Assembly: GCF_011386835.1 (NCBI RefSeq)
Contig: NC_088795.1
Coordinates: forward strand, 90,520,001-90,584,000
Direction: 5' to 3'
DNA length: 64,000 nucleotides
Source: Chrysemys picta bellii
Lineage: Eukaryota
This document shows positions 24,655 to 37,514 of this stretch, piece by piece. The position numbers and the translations under genes were made by a program. Position 1 is the stretch's first letter. Every line of letters begins with the position of its first letter. A model generated the notes under the pieces. That model saw only the letters and a program-made list of their open reading frames with translations. It was not told the origin of the DNA and did not search any database.

Positions 24655-24930
24655 TCCAATCACCAAGGTCTCTAACAACTTCTTCCTAGCTACATCTCAG
24701 GGTTTGTATCCATATCTTTTCTTTGACCTTTCAGCTACTTCAACCACACCCTGCTTATTAAAATCTTATCCTCCCTTGCTTTTCATGACTCTGTTCTCTC
24801 CTGATTCAACTCTTACCTCTCTAATAATTCCTTTGGCATCTCTTTCAGCAGATACTCTTCCTTTTCTCTCCGTGGAAGTTCTATAGAGCCCCATCTTTGG
24901 CCCCCACTTCTTCCATTACACCTTCTTGAT
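24655..24930 (+). mobile_element. Ancient L2 LINE RT fragment
   Basis: Degenerate KVSNN.FLA.SQGLY...DLSA, LGFHDSVLSWF.SYLSN and VEV..SPIFGP..F..YT, resembling L2 RT. Confidence 0.65.
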
Positions 24931-25349
24931 ACTACTATTTTGTATTACAACAGTGCCTAAAGGTTCCAATCAGGATTGAGGCCCTATTGTGGCAGGCACA
25001 GTACAAGTATATATTTCACATTAAAAAACCCTACATTTAACGAACATTTTTAAGGTTTCAAAGTCCAACATTCAAAAGTCAAGAAATGCTAGAATTAAGG
25101 TTGCCTGTGCAACCTTATTCAGCAGCCTTGTGTGTATCATTTGACATAAAACAGGCTCTGACTATATGATTGCTTACAATTTTTTCTCCATAGGACCCTT
25201 CCCTCATTCAATGCACAAAATGGATGGTGCTTAGTGAGCAGCTATTCAACATTTTGTTTTATCCACATTGGTCAATACACTCACGCATTGTTTATTAGAC
25301 ACTATTTGAAAACTGGTATGAAGACAGAATTATTAATTTCTTCTCAGGC

Positions 25350-25800
25350 ATTTCTATGGCACTCATTGCTAGAGTATCTAAATACTTCACAAAATCAATT
25401 TATTTTCACAACATACCTGTGAGATAAAGTGGTGGTATAATCCATTTTACAGATGGGGAACTGAATAACAGAGATTAAGTTCAAAAGTGTCCACTAATTT
25501 TGGGTGCCCAATTTGAGAAGACTAGGACCTAATTTTTCAGAGAATTTAGCATTATATAGAACTGTGTGTTCAAAGCACAGCGCCTATTGGTTTCAGTTGC
25601 AGCTGTGAGTACTCAGCATTTCTGCATACAACTCCCCAGGGTCTAAAATCAGGCACTCAAAAAACAAGGGATACACAATTAGTAATCACCTATGAAAAGT
25701 TTGATTTGAGTGACTTGATTAGCATCACACAGGAACTCTGTGGCAAAGACAGGGATAGAATCCAATTCTCCAGAACAGCGTTCAACTGTTTTAACCATGA
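25350..25800. mobile_element. MIR-like CORE-SINE split by an insertion of about 225 bp
   Basis: CCATTTTACAGATGGGGAACTGA..CAGAGATTAAGT at 25440-25480 resumes as GAGTGACTTG...ATCACACAG at about 25708. Confidence 0.55.
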
Positions 25801-26087
25801 TATCATCCTGTCTCTTCCTGCAGTCCCCCTGCTTCATTGATTAATCATCCTCCAACCTCTGCAACCAATGAAGCAGGGATCCTACAGACGACAGTCTTTT
25901 TCAATACAAAACCCTGATTAATCCCCAAAGAAGATCTATCCTGTCCACTGAAGGAAGCAGGAGTCCTGTGTAAATGAAGACTCTCATAATGAATGCAAGC
26001 TAGTGGATTAAGGCTGCATGGAGATTTCCTAGCTTTTGAGTGCTTGACTGTAACATTATTCATGTGTTTTTTTTTAATTTAGGGAGT

Positions 26088-26930
26088 TGTGACAGCCTGT
26101 ACCCTATGTTCACCCCTTTTACAAGACCATGTTAAATTTTGTACATAGCATATTGTGTAAGGTATCATTTGAAAACTCATGATTTGCTGATCATTATTGT
26201 CCTGGTAAAATGTGTGTGGCAACGCTGTATGTAAAGATATGAGACTCCACTGTATAATATTATCAAGACATGTTCCAACATATTCTGGTGGGCAGTCACA
26301 AACAAGTTCCCCAGAGACAAAGGCTAGCCAACACCTCAGCTAGGTGTCAATGAGATCAAATGGACCACCATCTGATTAAGTGGCCAATCTTCAGCAGGAG
26401 AGAGGGTGTGGGCAAAAGATCTACATTTTGACAAACAAGCAGCTTATGGTTCCTGGCTACCCCAAATTTCTGTCTCCTGAACATCAGCAGGAAATGATTC
26501 TTGTGCAAGAGAAAGGGTTATAAGAATTTGGGGCATCTGCCCTCTCCCATCTCTCCCTTTCTCTTTACCAACAGCATCAACAAACTTAAGAAGAAAAGAT
26601 GACACATTGGATTGGGGGAGATCCTGAGGGATTCAGCCAGAAAAACTGTTGGAACTTGTATTTCCCTGTAATCACTTCTGACTTAGATGCCTCATTACTT
26701 AATGAGGCACTTAAGTAGCCACTTCAAATGTATCAGCTACAGAAAGATAGATTTTTTGTTGTTGTTTTATCTAAACTAGAGTATTTGGATTCAAATGTTT
26801 GGGAGACTCCAATTGGGATAACAAGATTTGTACATATTTTCTATTAATAAATAACAGGTTTTGTATGCGTTTATATTGTCCAGGAGGGTTCTGGGCAGTA
26901 CAAGATGCACATTTCTGGGGAAAAGTCCAG
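26088..26930 (+). mobile_element. LTR-like element truncated at the DIRS copy B junction
   Basis: Starts TGTGACAG; LTR-like composition; no 3' CA or TSD seen. Confidence 0.45.
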
Positions 26931-29625
26931 GAATAGATCTCACTTCTCCCTGTTTGTTGAAGTAAAGGACCATCGTCATATTTTCCAACATTATGAGGAC
27001 ATGGTAACACTGGATGAATGGGAGAAAGTCTTTGAAAGTGTCTTGGACTGCCTGTAATTCCAGAACACTGATGTGCATCTTGGTCTCTTGGGGTGTCCAA
27101 GTGCCTTGTGTGGTGTGGCAATCCATGTGGGTTCTCCAGCCTAAAAGGGAAGCATCTATAAGACTGTCCTGTATGGTGAAGGGGAAAAGGAAAGGAATAC
27201 CCAAAAAATACTTGGTGGCAATTTTTCCACCATAGTAGAGATGATGTTAGTTGGTGGGAACTGTTACCATGGTGTTCATAGGACTGCTTGCTTGCTGAGT
27301 ACGCTTGAAGCCATGCTTGCAGGCAAAAAAGGTGGAGTCTGGCGAATGGCACGACGTAAGTTCACAAAGTCATATGTTCCAGGTGAGAAAGAGAAATTCT
27401 GATTGGTGTTCAAGGGTTGTTCATGACCTGATCTATCAAGTCGTTCCCTGCTTGGGATCTGTCCATTGGCTGATAAGCTCTTACCGTGACTGAATTTAGG
27501 GATGCTCCGATGAAGTCTAGAGTTTGTGTGTTGGAGTGAAAGCAGGCTTCTCCAGGTTTATGCTGAGCCGTAGGGAAGACAGGAGCTGAAACATTGAAGA
27601 AGTGGACTCGTAGGCTTCTTGATGTATATTGGCAATTAGAAGCCAGTCATTGAGATAGGGGATAATGGTGAAACCACACCTGACATGGGCTGCTACTACC
27701 ACAAAGAGCTTGGTAAAGACCCTGGAGAGGTTACAAGGCCAAAAAGGAGCACTTTGTATTGAAAGCAATTAGGGCCCACTATGAATCTGAGAAAATATCT
27801 CTGAGCGGGGTAAGTATTCACATGAAAGTACGTGTCCTTCACATCAAGAGCTGTAAATTAAGTTCCTTGTCTAGGTATGGAATTATAGATGCTAGTGTGT
27901 ACATGCAAAATTTCAGTTTGCGAATAGAGCGGTTGAAATAGCCGAAATCAAGAATGGGTCTCCAGCCACCTCTTTCATACTAGGAAGTATGTTGAGTAAA
28001 AACTCTTTCCTTGGTGCTGAAGAGGTACCTGATCTATTGCTCCTTACCATGGGAGGGATTCTACTTTTTGTCTGAGAATCTCCTCATGAGAATGGCCCAT
28101 GAAATGGGCAAGGATAGGAGTTTTGGAGGGGATAGGTAAGTAAGTTTGATCGCATAACCAGAATGGATCATGACTATTACCCACTTTTCTGCTCTTATTT
28201 CACTCCAGTTGTGGGAAAAGTGCCAATAAGAAAGGTCAAAGAGTGGTTATGGAGTCCCCCTAGAGCATGGGGTACCATCGGTTCCGAGACAGGTGCTGAG
28301 GTAGAGGTTGGTTCCATACAGGTCCTGGTTTCTTGTCTAGGAAGGTATCTCTCAGAGAAGGAAACATAAGTTCTACGGTGGTTCAGTGTCTCCAGAGAAA
28401 AAAAAGACCAATTCCGTGTCTACTGGCAGTAGTTATGCTGGAAGTAAACAATGGCTGGAATATGCAAAGGGGGACAGACTCCTTCCATAACTTGCATATA
28501 CTGGTGAAGTCAGGACCTGATAGAAATGGAAAGGGAGAATCTGAGAGATCAAAAATGTCATCAGGTATAGAGTAAGTCTCCACTCTCCCTGGAGCGTGAG
28601 GGGTCCTGTTCACCCAAACTGATGGACCTGGAGCAGTTTGTATCATTGTTGGGTGAAGCAGTGTCGGTACCATCAGTGGCTGAGGTTCCTGATGGTTGCC
28701 TTTTGCCGGTACCATTGGTTCCCGGTGTTTAAGTTTAGTTGGTATTGGAGGTACTGTTGCTACTGTAGTGTGGTCTGGTACTGACAGAGCCCTGGATTTG
28801 AGAGCTTTCTTGTGACAACACTGAGACTTGGGATATTCTAAGTCCTTGTGGGCTGAGCAAGAAGACTTACTTGACTTAGGGAGGGCTCTATCTGACTTCT
28901 TTGAAGTGGGCTTAGAGGAGGATTTGCTCTAGTGTTTAAGAGAACACTCCTTGTCTTTCCAACAAGACCCTAACAAGTGATCTGTGAAAGTAGATTCCCT
29001 TGCTCCTAAGTCAATCCGATGCACAGGGGGGCGGTCCCCTGACTGGAGTCCAACTGCGGCCTCATGGCTTTCTCCATAAGATGCTTCTTAAGATGAAGTT
29101 CCCACCCCTCTAGGGGAAGAGCAGCAGATTCTGGACTTTGCCATGATGTGAGTTTCCCAGAGGCTGCACAGGCAGTGTTGATTGTTGTTGTGACCATGAA
29201 GGAGTGCAGGAAAGAAGTAAAGATTTTAAAGCTCGGAGTTCTGGGCATAGTCCACTACTGGTAATGAGATATGGGGAGGGAGAGTTCCCCAGGATGGGGA
29301 ATCTAACTAACTATAAAACTTAGCTAAATACTATAGAGCAAAATTCTAAACTATTTACAATACATATATTTACAGACTGAAGAATAAAGAGGGAAAGACA
29401 AAGTTCTGGACCCTAGATGATTCGACCTAAGCCAAGGAGTGATAAGAAGGAACGGGAGATGTATTTGGTCTGCTCCATCTATTATCTCCTTGGTTGGAGG
29501 CATGAGGAGAGCAAGAATACATGTGCAGACCAATAGAGCCTGCTTTCAAAAATTCTCTGTCTCCGGGCCATGGACAGCATGCATACCCACCGTGGAATAC
29601 ACAGAGACCACCACTCAAAGAACAT
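26930..29625 (-). mobile_element. DIRS1-like copy B (left ITR, internally deleted gag, RT/RNaseH; no YR)
   Basis: MPRTPSFK gag start; APFWPCNLSRVFTK..IIPYLNDWLL; DASLLGWRTH..HISVLELQAV..MVLYFNKQG; terminus ...CACTCAAAGAAC. Confidence 0.88.
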
Positions 29626-29984
29626 CACTGTATTTTGATTCGAATAATTTCTGAAGCAGGATTTTTTGTACTTTGCCTATCTTCCAAATTTTGATGGAAA
29701 TATTTTTTGTTGGTTTGTGTGTACAATGAAAATGACGTTTACAGATAAAAATCTAATCCTTCCAAGCCTGATTAAAAATGATCATTAGATCTTGCTTTGT
29801 TGCTCATAGCAAGGAAGTAATGCTAGAAATATATCACTGTCTATACTGTAAAACATCCAACCAACCGACCGTGAGGATGCTTCTCCTCATCATTGCCGAC
29901 AATGTAACTATTATCAATGAAGTTTGAAGTCTGCCAGAATGTCTTAAGGCTGTAACCTAACAGGGTTTTCAATGCATACATTAC

Positions 29985-30107
29985 TAGGGTGACCAGAGAG
30001 CAAATGTGAAAAATCAGGACACGGGGTGGGGGTAATAGAAGCCTATATAAGAAAAAGACCCCAAAATCGGGACTCTCCCTATAAAATCGGGACATCTGGT
30101 CACCCTA
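29985..30107. mobile_element. hAT MITE, 123 bp
   Basis: TIR TAGGGTGACCAGA / TCTGGTCACCCTA; perfect 8-bp TSD TACATTAC. Confidence 0.92.
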
Positions 30108-30247
30108 TACATTACTAGCTTTAAAATACAGAGAAAAATTTACATCTACAAACCTTAATTTTATTGTAGGCTAATTAAAACAGTCATAATTATAACAACA
30201 TTTATTAAAAACACACTATTGCCAATTTACAGACTTTATTTCCTCAC

Positions 30248-30358
30248 CTTCGAAGCCATTAAGCTTTCAAATCTGGAGACTTCAGATATGTAATTATGAA
30301 CTCTAGTCTTCATTTCTTCTTTTTCACGTACTGCTTCTTCCAGTTCAGTAGTGACTGC
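30248..30358 (-). CDS. CEP135: CEP135 coding exon, AVTTELEEAVREKEEMKTRVHNYISEVSRFESLMASK
   Basis: 111 nt, phase 0/0; CTTTTTAG acceptor, GTGAGG donor; matches human EISLELEAAVQEKEEMKSRVHKYITEVSRWESLMAAK. Confidence 0.96.
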
Positions 30359-32397
30359 CTAAAAAGATTACATGAAAACTGAATAGTTTATTAAAATAAA
30401 ATATACTAAAGTAAGCATGCCTGTGAAGTGCCCTATATTTTACTTTCTTCTGCTTTGGGGTAGTTCATTCAGTAAATCTGATTTCCATACAACATCCTGT
30501 TAAATTCTACATTGATCAGGACATGGAGGTGAATGAACGACATAGAGAATGGATTTTAATTGGCAGGCCACAACTTTAACAAAATACCTGGGAAATGGTG
30601 TTATGCCCACCGTTCTCACATACCACTTATTTCACTGGATTCAACTTGAGGGAGTTTAAATAGGCAAGGGCGGAGGTAATGAGAGCCAACCAGCTAGCCC
30701 ATTCCTACATCCCCAGCCAATTGAAAGGTAATCGGCCCCCCACTCTGTGAACATCCATTGCAGTTGTTTCAAGATCCCTCCACTTTTGACTATAGGGGAA
30801 TGGCATTTTCCCTACTTTCTCAGTTGAGTAATCTGAAGCGGAGAGGGAGAAGTGACCTAAACAACAGACTCTTATTGTTACTTTCACAAGGTCTCCATTT
30901 ACAGTTTTCAAATTAACACTCTTGACTCAAAAATCAGAAGACTAACAAAGTGGCTGAAACTTAGACTGAACCACAACCAGAAAGAATTTTTTTGTGAAGC
31001 ACCTAAATTAACCTTTGTTATTGTGCTGGTTAATTCAAACTAACTAGGAATCAATTAACTTGAGTTACAACACAACCAAAAGCTTTAGTCAGATAATTTG
31101 AGTTACATTAATATATCCTATGACCCAACGTTTTGCAAGTTAAAAAAACAAAAATTTGTTGAGAACTTTTTTTTTTTTTTTAATACTTCAGTAATCTACA
31201 TCCAAATTTATTTTATAATTAGAAATTATGTTTTTCTTAATGGAGAATGAAGCATTCGCTAGGTTTGAAAAAATTCTTAATGGTTTTGAAAAGGACTTTT
31301 TGAGCAAACTCAAACACTGTGTCATCTTTCTTACTGATTTAATTATGACCATCATATTTAAATTACAGCTGTTCTGATGCTTGAACCCCAGGGTGCACAA
31401 AATTTGAAAGACAGTGATGCACCAAAAGGTCAGTCAAACCTGATGAGTCTCTTAAACTGTGTCCATTTTACATGTAGACAGCTGGATTAACATTTCTTAT
31501 TTAATTCACATGACCACCTTCTGAAGTGTAATTATTACATGGCATGTCTTAAAAGCCAATGGTGCATTAAGAAAATAAGCATATTCTCAAAGTGTTAGAA
31601 GTTAATTCAATGTGGGTCCTCTGATGGACACAATCAGTCTAACAAGATGGGTTTTCATCTATATTGCATTTGAAGAGGCACAAGCAACAAATAAAACTTA
31701 AATTTCAGCCCCAAAATACATTTTTCAAAGAGTTAGGATTGCCTGAGAAAGAAAGAGTTTAGAATGGAAAGTCTGTCTCTACTTTAACTATAATGTTTCA
31801 TATATGACAATGGTGTAATAAAATAATAATATGCATGCTGAAAGCTAACTACTATATATGTTGGCCTTTTTCTACACACATTGAAGGTCACTGCCATGTG
31901 ATAAGGGATTTATTCTCTATCAAAAGTGTGGGGAAATTATGCATGTAAATGCCCCACATGTCAATGGGAGAACAAACTTTTTGGTATTTGAGAGGATAAT
32001 ATAAGAATTGAACGCATTTTGGATTCCACAGGTGATCAAACAAAGGAAACAAGTTCTTAAATTTGCAGATATTTAAATTCAGCCTAAATATGTTCATTTC
32101 AACTCAACTGTTCATAATATTCTAGTATTCACAAGAATGCAGAACAGCAAAATATTCAAAATGCATAAGAGACTATAGCAGTTTTGGATTTAGTAATACA
32201 TGCAGACGAAATGCAAGTAATCTTTGATGCAGAGATGGTGTTATCCCATTGCCCCCTCCCCTCAACACATACTAAAAACATACTCAAGGGAGGGGGGGCC
32301 TTGAGCTGCTTGGGGGCCATAAGCAATTGCTTAGTCTGCTTATGGCTAACACCAGCTCTGCTTTGGTGTACTTCATTGTCAGGCACTACTTTCATAC

Positions 32398-32566
32398 CTG
32401 GTTTTCTCTGGTCATTATAGCTAGATCATCTTGTAATCTTCTGTTCTCCTTCAGAGCCATTTCCTTCACTCTTCCTGTTTCTGCAAGCTCTACCTGAGAT
32501 GCATCAAGCTGGCGACGGAGACTAGCTATCTCCCGATCTCTGTTACTCAGCGCCTCCTTTAGTTGG
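32398..32566 (-). CDS. CEP135: CEP135 coding exon, QLKEALSNRDREIASLRRQLDASQVELAETGRVKEMALKENRRLQDDLAIMTRENQ
   Basis: 169 nt, phase 2/0; AG/GT ends; NRDREIxSLRRQLD and KENRRLQDDLA match CEP135. Confidence 0.97.
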
Positions 32567-32718
32567 CTATCAAATGGGTGATTTTGAAAACCTTAAATAA
32601 AATTTCCCTTCTTGCATTATAGCATATACTGCTTCAAAATGTTAGATAAGCTCTGAATATACAAAAGCTTTAGAAGCAACTTACTAATTTATTTCTTGTT
32701 CGGAAGGTAACTATAAAC

Positions 32719-33019
32719 CAGTGATACTCAGACCTCAGTAGTTCAAGAGCCAAATTAGCAATCAACATTACCCAAAAGAGCCACGGTAGCGTGAATTTAT
32801 TGTTTCATTTACTACTTATATATAATATAAAATAATATATTATTCTCACAGCAAAATCACTGACCAAATATTCTACAATTGGTTTGTAACATAGTAAAAG
32901 CATCCTGATTGGTTAATAATTAACTCACACAGTGTTTTAATATCATGTGCTGCAAAGAGCCACAGGAGACACATTTAAGAGCCACTTGTGGCTCCCAAAC
33001 CTCAATCTGAGTATCACTG
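32719..33019. mobile_element. hAT MITE, 301 bp
   Basis: TIR CAGTGATACTCAGA / TCTGAGTATCACTG; perfect 8-bp TSD CTATAAAC. Confidence 0.92.
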
Positions 33020-33369
33020 CTATAAACAAATTACCACTACATGGATCTTGTGCCCCTCATGTGTGATGGATTAAAATTTGCACCGCTCAGAGTAAACTGT
33101 TGAACTGCCTATCAGCATAAAATGCTTAACTGCTTGTGGTGGCTTGGGCAAGTCATCATTGAAGCATGTAGAACTGTTGAGGGTTGGGCAAAATGTCATT
33201 GAAACTGGTGGGTGTAACTGACGTCCTTCATGTAAGATGACTGAGTAGATCTGGACAGGAATTTTCTGAATAACAGTTTTTCCATTGGAAAATACTGATT
33301 TATCAAACCCAAAACTTCTCCTTCGAAAGGGGTGGCAGAAGCTAAGAAGATGCAAATCACTGAATTAGG

Positions 33370-33765
33370 CAAGACAGGGACTTGAACCTAGGTTTCCCAC
33401 ATCCCACTTGAATGTCCTAATAATTCTCCCGTGGGTCTCTCTCCCGTTGGAGCTGTTCAACTTTGTATAAATAATTAAATATTTATTGGGTTAGAAAAAG
33501 AAAGACCAACTATAGACCAGTGGTCAGGGCACTTATCTGGTATGTAGGAGACCCAGGTTAAAGTCCCGGTCCAGTGAATATTTATTTATTTATACAAAGT
33601 GGAACAGCTCAACAAAAGAGACAGACTCACGCGGAATAGCCAATAATCTGGTAGTTAGGGCACTCACCTGACTTACGGAAGACTTAGGTTCAAGACCCTG
33701 CTCTGCCTGGTTCTCCCATGTTTCTGCATCCCAGGTGAGTGACAAAACCACCAAACTATGGGGGA
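33370..33765. repeat. Repeat built from four tRNA-head-like modules and an internal inverted repeat
   Basis: B-box-like GGTTCAAGTCCC (minus, 33377-33388), GGTTAAAGTCCC and GGTTCAAGACCC; A-box-like TAGACCAGTGG; inverted repeat 33447-33490 / 33571-33612. Confidence 0.5.
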
Positions 33766-34210
33766 CGAAGAGGGGAAATGGATCTCAATTTTTTTTGAAA
33801 GGTCGGTTTCATCCCACTACGGAACAGGACATTTTTCAAAATTGCTGAACTTCTTAGACAGGAAAATTGTTTCCTATTCAGCTATGGCATAAGAAACAGT
33901 TAAGTTCCTTTGTAAAACAAGAACAGCTTCCATCCCAAACACAGGCATGGCACTGCCCAAAACACAGGAATACCTAAGGGAATTCAGGAATTTAAGTGAG
34001 TGGAGCGGGCTAGGTTGGGTATTGTTTCTAATAGAGGTTACGTGCATGTATGCGAGAGATAAGAGGAGAAACACCACAGAAACAGAGACCGAGCAGGAAA
34101 CCACACACAGCTTGAACAAGCACTGACAGCATAGCTGAAAAAAAAAACCTAGAGAAAGCTTTTGGTCTGAGTGCTGGCTGAAAGGGGCCTGGAGCAGCGA
34201 GGAAAAAAAA

Positions 34211-36650
34211 TACACTAATCTTTTCTAACTGATCTTTTTCTAGATGCATTGCACATGTCCATTTCACTCTTGGTGTGAGTGTGCCTTACACAACATTGTT
34301 GGAAAGGTTTCCCTCAATGTTACCCGTTGGAGCAGCTCAAGCACCCTCTGCTGCCGCACACCACTATGTGCTGATATGAAAGGCCCAGCTGCCTCAGAGC
34401 TCCCTCAAATTTTTCTTGCCAAGCAGGCTGTGGAATGGACATGTGCAACACGTCTTGAAGATGAATAGAATAGTTCTTTGAGTGATTGCACACGTGCATT
34501 CCATTCTTGGCGACTCACAAGCTGTAATACAGGAGGAAGGAGCAGAGTTCATGTATACACAGACTGGAGTATAATTCATCCAAATTTAGCATTGTCTCTG
34601 GCATACTGAATAATGGAATAACGGGATGCAAAGACATGAACTGAAGACCAGACTGCCACTCTACAAATGTCCTGGATAGAGACTTGCACAAGGAACGCTG
34701 TTGAGGCTGCTTGCGATCTTGTGGAATGTGCCGATAGTTTGGCAGGCAGGGAAATACCTGCCAGGTCATAACAAACATGAATGCATAAAGTTATCCAAGA
34801 TGAAAGTCTCTGTGAAGGGACCAGGAGACACTTCATTCTGTCTGCTAAGACCAGGAACAGTTGGGTTGACAAACAAAACTGTTTAGTCCTGTCTATGTGG
34901 AATGCCAACGTTCTTCTAACATCTCAGATGTGCAGATGATGTTCCTCTCTATTTTCATGTGATTCTGAGTAAAAGGTAGGTAAGTAAATTTTCTGATTAA
35001 TATGAAAATTAGATATCACTTTAAGGACATAAACGGGATTGTATAAGGCAGTTTGGATGTCAGAGCATCCTGGAAACTGGAATTGTCTTCTCAAGCATCC
35101 CATCAAAACACCTGTTTAGCACCCCCTGGGTGTCATGGAGTAAGCATTGATGCAGAAGCAGAAGGAGGGGGAGGTCTACATAAAAAATTGCAACTCTTCT
35201 TTCTCTGCAGGTCCTGCCAAGGAGCAGCAGCAGAGTAATGGCGGGTCTGCTGTGGGAAGAAGTGCATTCTGGGTGGGGCTGGAGCACAGAACCCCAGAGA
35301 CTTTAGAGTTGTCCTAAAGTCTTTCAAGCCCTGGAGCTTAGGGTCAGTTTGCCCTGAAAACAGCAAGGACCCTTCAAAGTCTGTTGGACCTCCTATGGAA
35401 GCCTTAAGGTTTGCAACCATGAGCTCTTGCATGTGCCCACTGCACAAGCCATGGATCTAGCCGCAAAGTCCACTGCATCCAGCACAGCCTGCAGTGAAAA
35501 TCTAGCTACAGATTTCCCCTCTTCAGCTAATAAGAATTCCTGCCTCGTGTCCTCTGGCAGCATGTCTCTAAACTTTAAAATGGTGTCTCAAACAATAAAA
35601 TTATACTGATCCAATAGCGCTTGCTGGTTGGCAATCCTGAGTTGCAATCTCCCAGTTAAATAAGCTTTTCTATCAAATAAATCTATTTTTTGGCATCATT
35701 TGATTTGAGGGTTGACCCTTGTTGCCCTTGCCATTCCCTTTCACTAGTTGCAGACACCACCAGAGAACCCAGAGGAACGAGAACATAAATATTCAGACCC
35801 CTGGGAAGGCACATAGTACTTACATTCGGCCCTTCTTGAGGTAGGGGGAAGGGATAAAGGAATCTGCCAGAGAGCATTAATAGGGTCCATAATTGCCTCG
35901 TTAATAGGTAAGGCCACTCTCGAAGGCCCTGCTGTGGCCAAAATATCAACAAGGCAGTGTGAGGATTCTTTAACCTCCTCCATCTGGATCCCCAGGCTTA
36001 AGGCCACCCTCTTTAACAACTCTTGGGGGGGCCTTATAGTCACCTGGAGGAGGCAAAATGCCCTCTGAGAAGATTACGGGACAGGCAGGAAGAAGCTACT
36101 CTTCCTCCACTCGTTTTCCAGCAAGGTCTTCGTGAGCCACCTTTTGCTGCTCAGTACCAGACTCAGGAACAGGCAGCAACTGGTGAGTAATGTGCCCCAT
36201 GCCTCTCCGAGGATACAGAACACTAATGTCTTGCGTATTACCTAGAAACTGGGGGAAACTGAACAGATTCCAATATGGCCAGTAGACTGGCGGTGGGCAA
36301 CTAATCTGAATACGAGCTTCCGTTAAACACTTTAAGTAGCTTGAGTGTGGGTCGCTCAAGGGCATTGGCCTAGCGCAAGAAAAGCCAGGCTTGAAGCCCA
36401 GTGACTGAGGCATCTCTCAGTACCAAGTAATAGAAAAAAACCCATCTATGTTCAAAAAAGAACTTATGTTATCTACACTATTAACTAAGCACTAACATGG
36501 TAAATCTAGAAAACTATCTACAGTTCATTTACAATGAACACACAGAGCACTTGCTAAGGCAAGCCAAGCAATTCCAATGACCATCATGGGCGGTAAGAAG
36601 GAACTAAGGGAGCTTTGGGGGCGGCTGGACCCTTTATACCAGTGCACAGT
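34211..36650 (-). mobile_element. DIRS1-like copy C, deletion derivative (ITR pieces, ICR, gag, YR C-terminus; RT absent)
   Basis: MPQSLGFKP..DPHSSYLKCL; LKRVALSLGIQMEEV..GPSRVALPI; AHSTRSQAASTAFL..ICRVAVWSSVHVFASRY; ICR about 34430-34530. Confidence 0.88.
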
Positions 36651-36659
36651 GGGATCATG

Positions 36660-36815
36660 GTGGATTCCCCATCACTAACAATTTTTTAATCGAGGTTTGA
36701 TGTTTTCCTAAAAGATATGCTCTAGGAAGTATTTTGGGGAAATTCTAAGGCCTCTGTTATACAGGCGGTCAGACTAGATGACTACAATGTACTCTTCAGG
36801 CCTTGGTATCTATGA
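36660..36815 (+). mobile_element. CR1 3'-end fragment
   Basis: GTGGATTCCCCATCACT...AAAAGATATGCTCTAG...CAGACTAGATGA, shared with 57325-57755. Confidence 0.75.
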
Positions 36816-37028
36816 GAAAACACACACACAAATCTGAAGATCACAGTGATTGATAATCTGGTAAGCATATATACCCTACCATCAAGGAACAGGAATTACT
36901 CTTATTTATTTGTATTCTGATAGTGGCTACAATAAGTTAGCTACTGCCCACACACAGGAAGCCAATTCCTCTTCCAAACAATCAAAGGGTGAAGGACAGG
37001 GATAAAACCCACAATAGAAATATACATT

Positions 37029-37174
37029 NNNNNNNNNNNNNNNNNNNNNNNNNNNNNNNNNNNNNNNNNNNNNNNNNNNNNNNNNNNNNNNNNNNNNNNN
37101 NNNNNNNNNNNNNNNNNNNNNNNNNNNNNNNNNNNNNNNNNNNNNNNNNNNNNNNNNNNNNNNNNNNNNNNNNN
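37029..37174. other. Assembly gap (146 N)
   Basis: Run of n; no CEP135 exon is missing across it. Confidence 0.99.
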
Positions 37175-37514
37175 TGTTTCATATACATCAGTGCACCAAA
37201 ACTCCAGTTAAGCTGACCTTCAAACAAAGTTTAACCTTTTAAAAAAAAATTTCAGCAGTTAACTGAAGAAATGTCTGAAAGGTGACAACTAAAAAAGGAT
37301 GAGCTGAAGCCTAGATCAGAAAAAGAAACAAAGAAGGTAGTTCAACATGGAACGCATCTGTAGGGAACCTCTGATACCAACTGGCAAAGTGCACAGGGAG
37401 TGCATAGGGCTTTACAGTATTCCCTGGGTCAGATGTATGCACAATAATTCACCGATGGGAGGCATGTAAGTTCTCTATTGAGAGCCAGTAGCCCACTGGT
37501 TGACATAATCATTG

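Noticed and set aside
30705-30911. 68-aa minus-strand ORF in a CEP135 intron as an alternative exon
   Set aside because: No recognisable homology or convincing splice sites; the flanking exons already join in frame.
36982-37227. ORFs spanning the N run
   Set aside because: Artefacts of the assembly gap.
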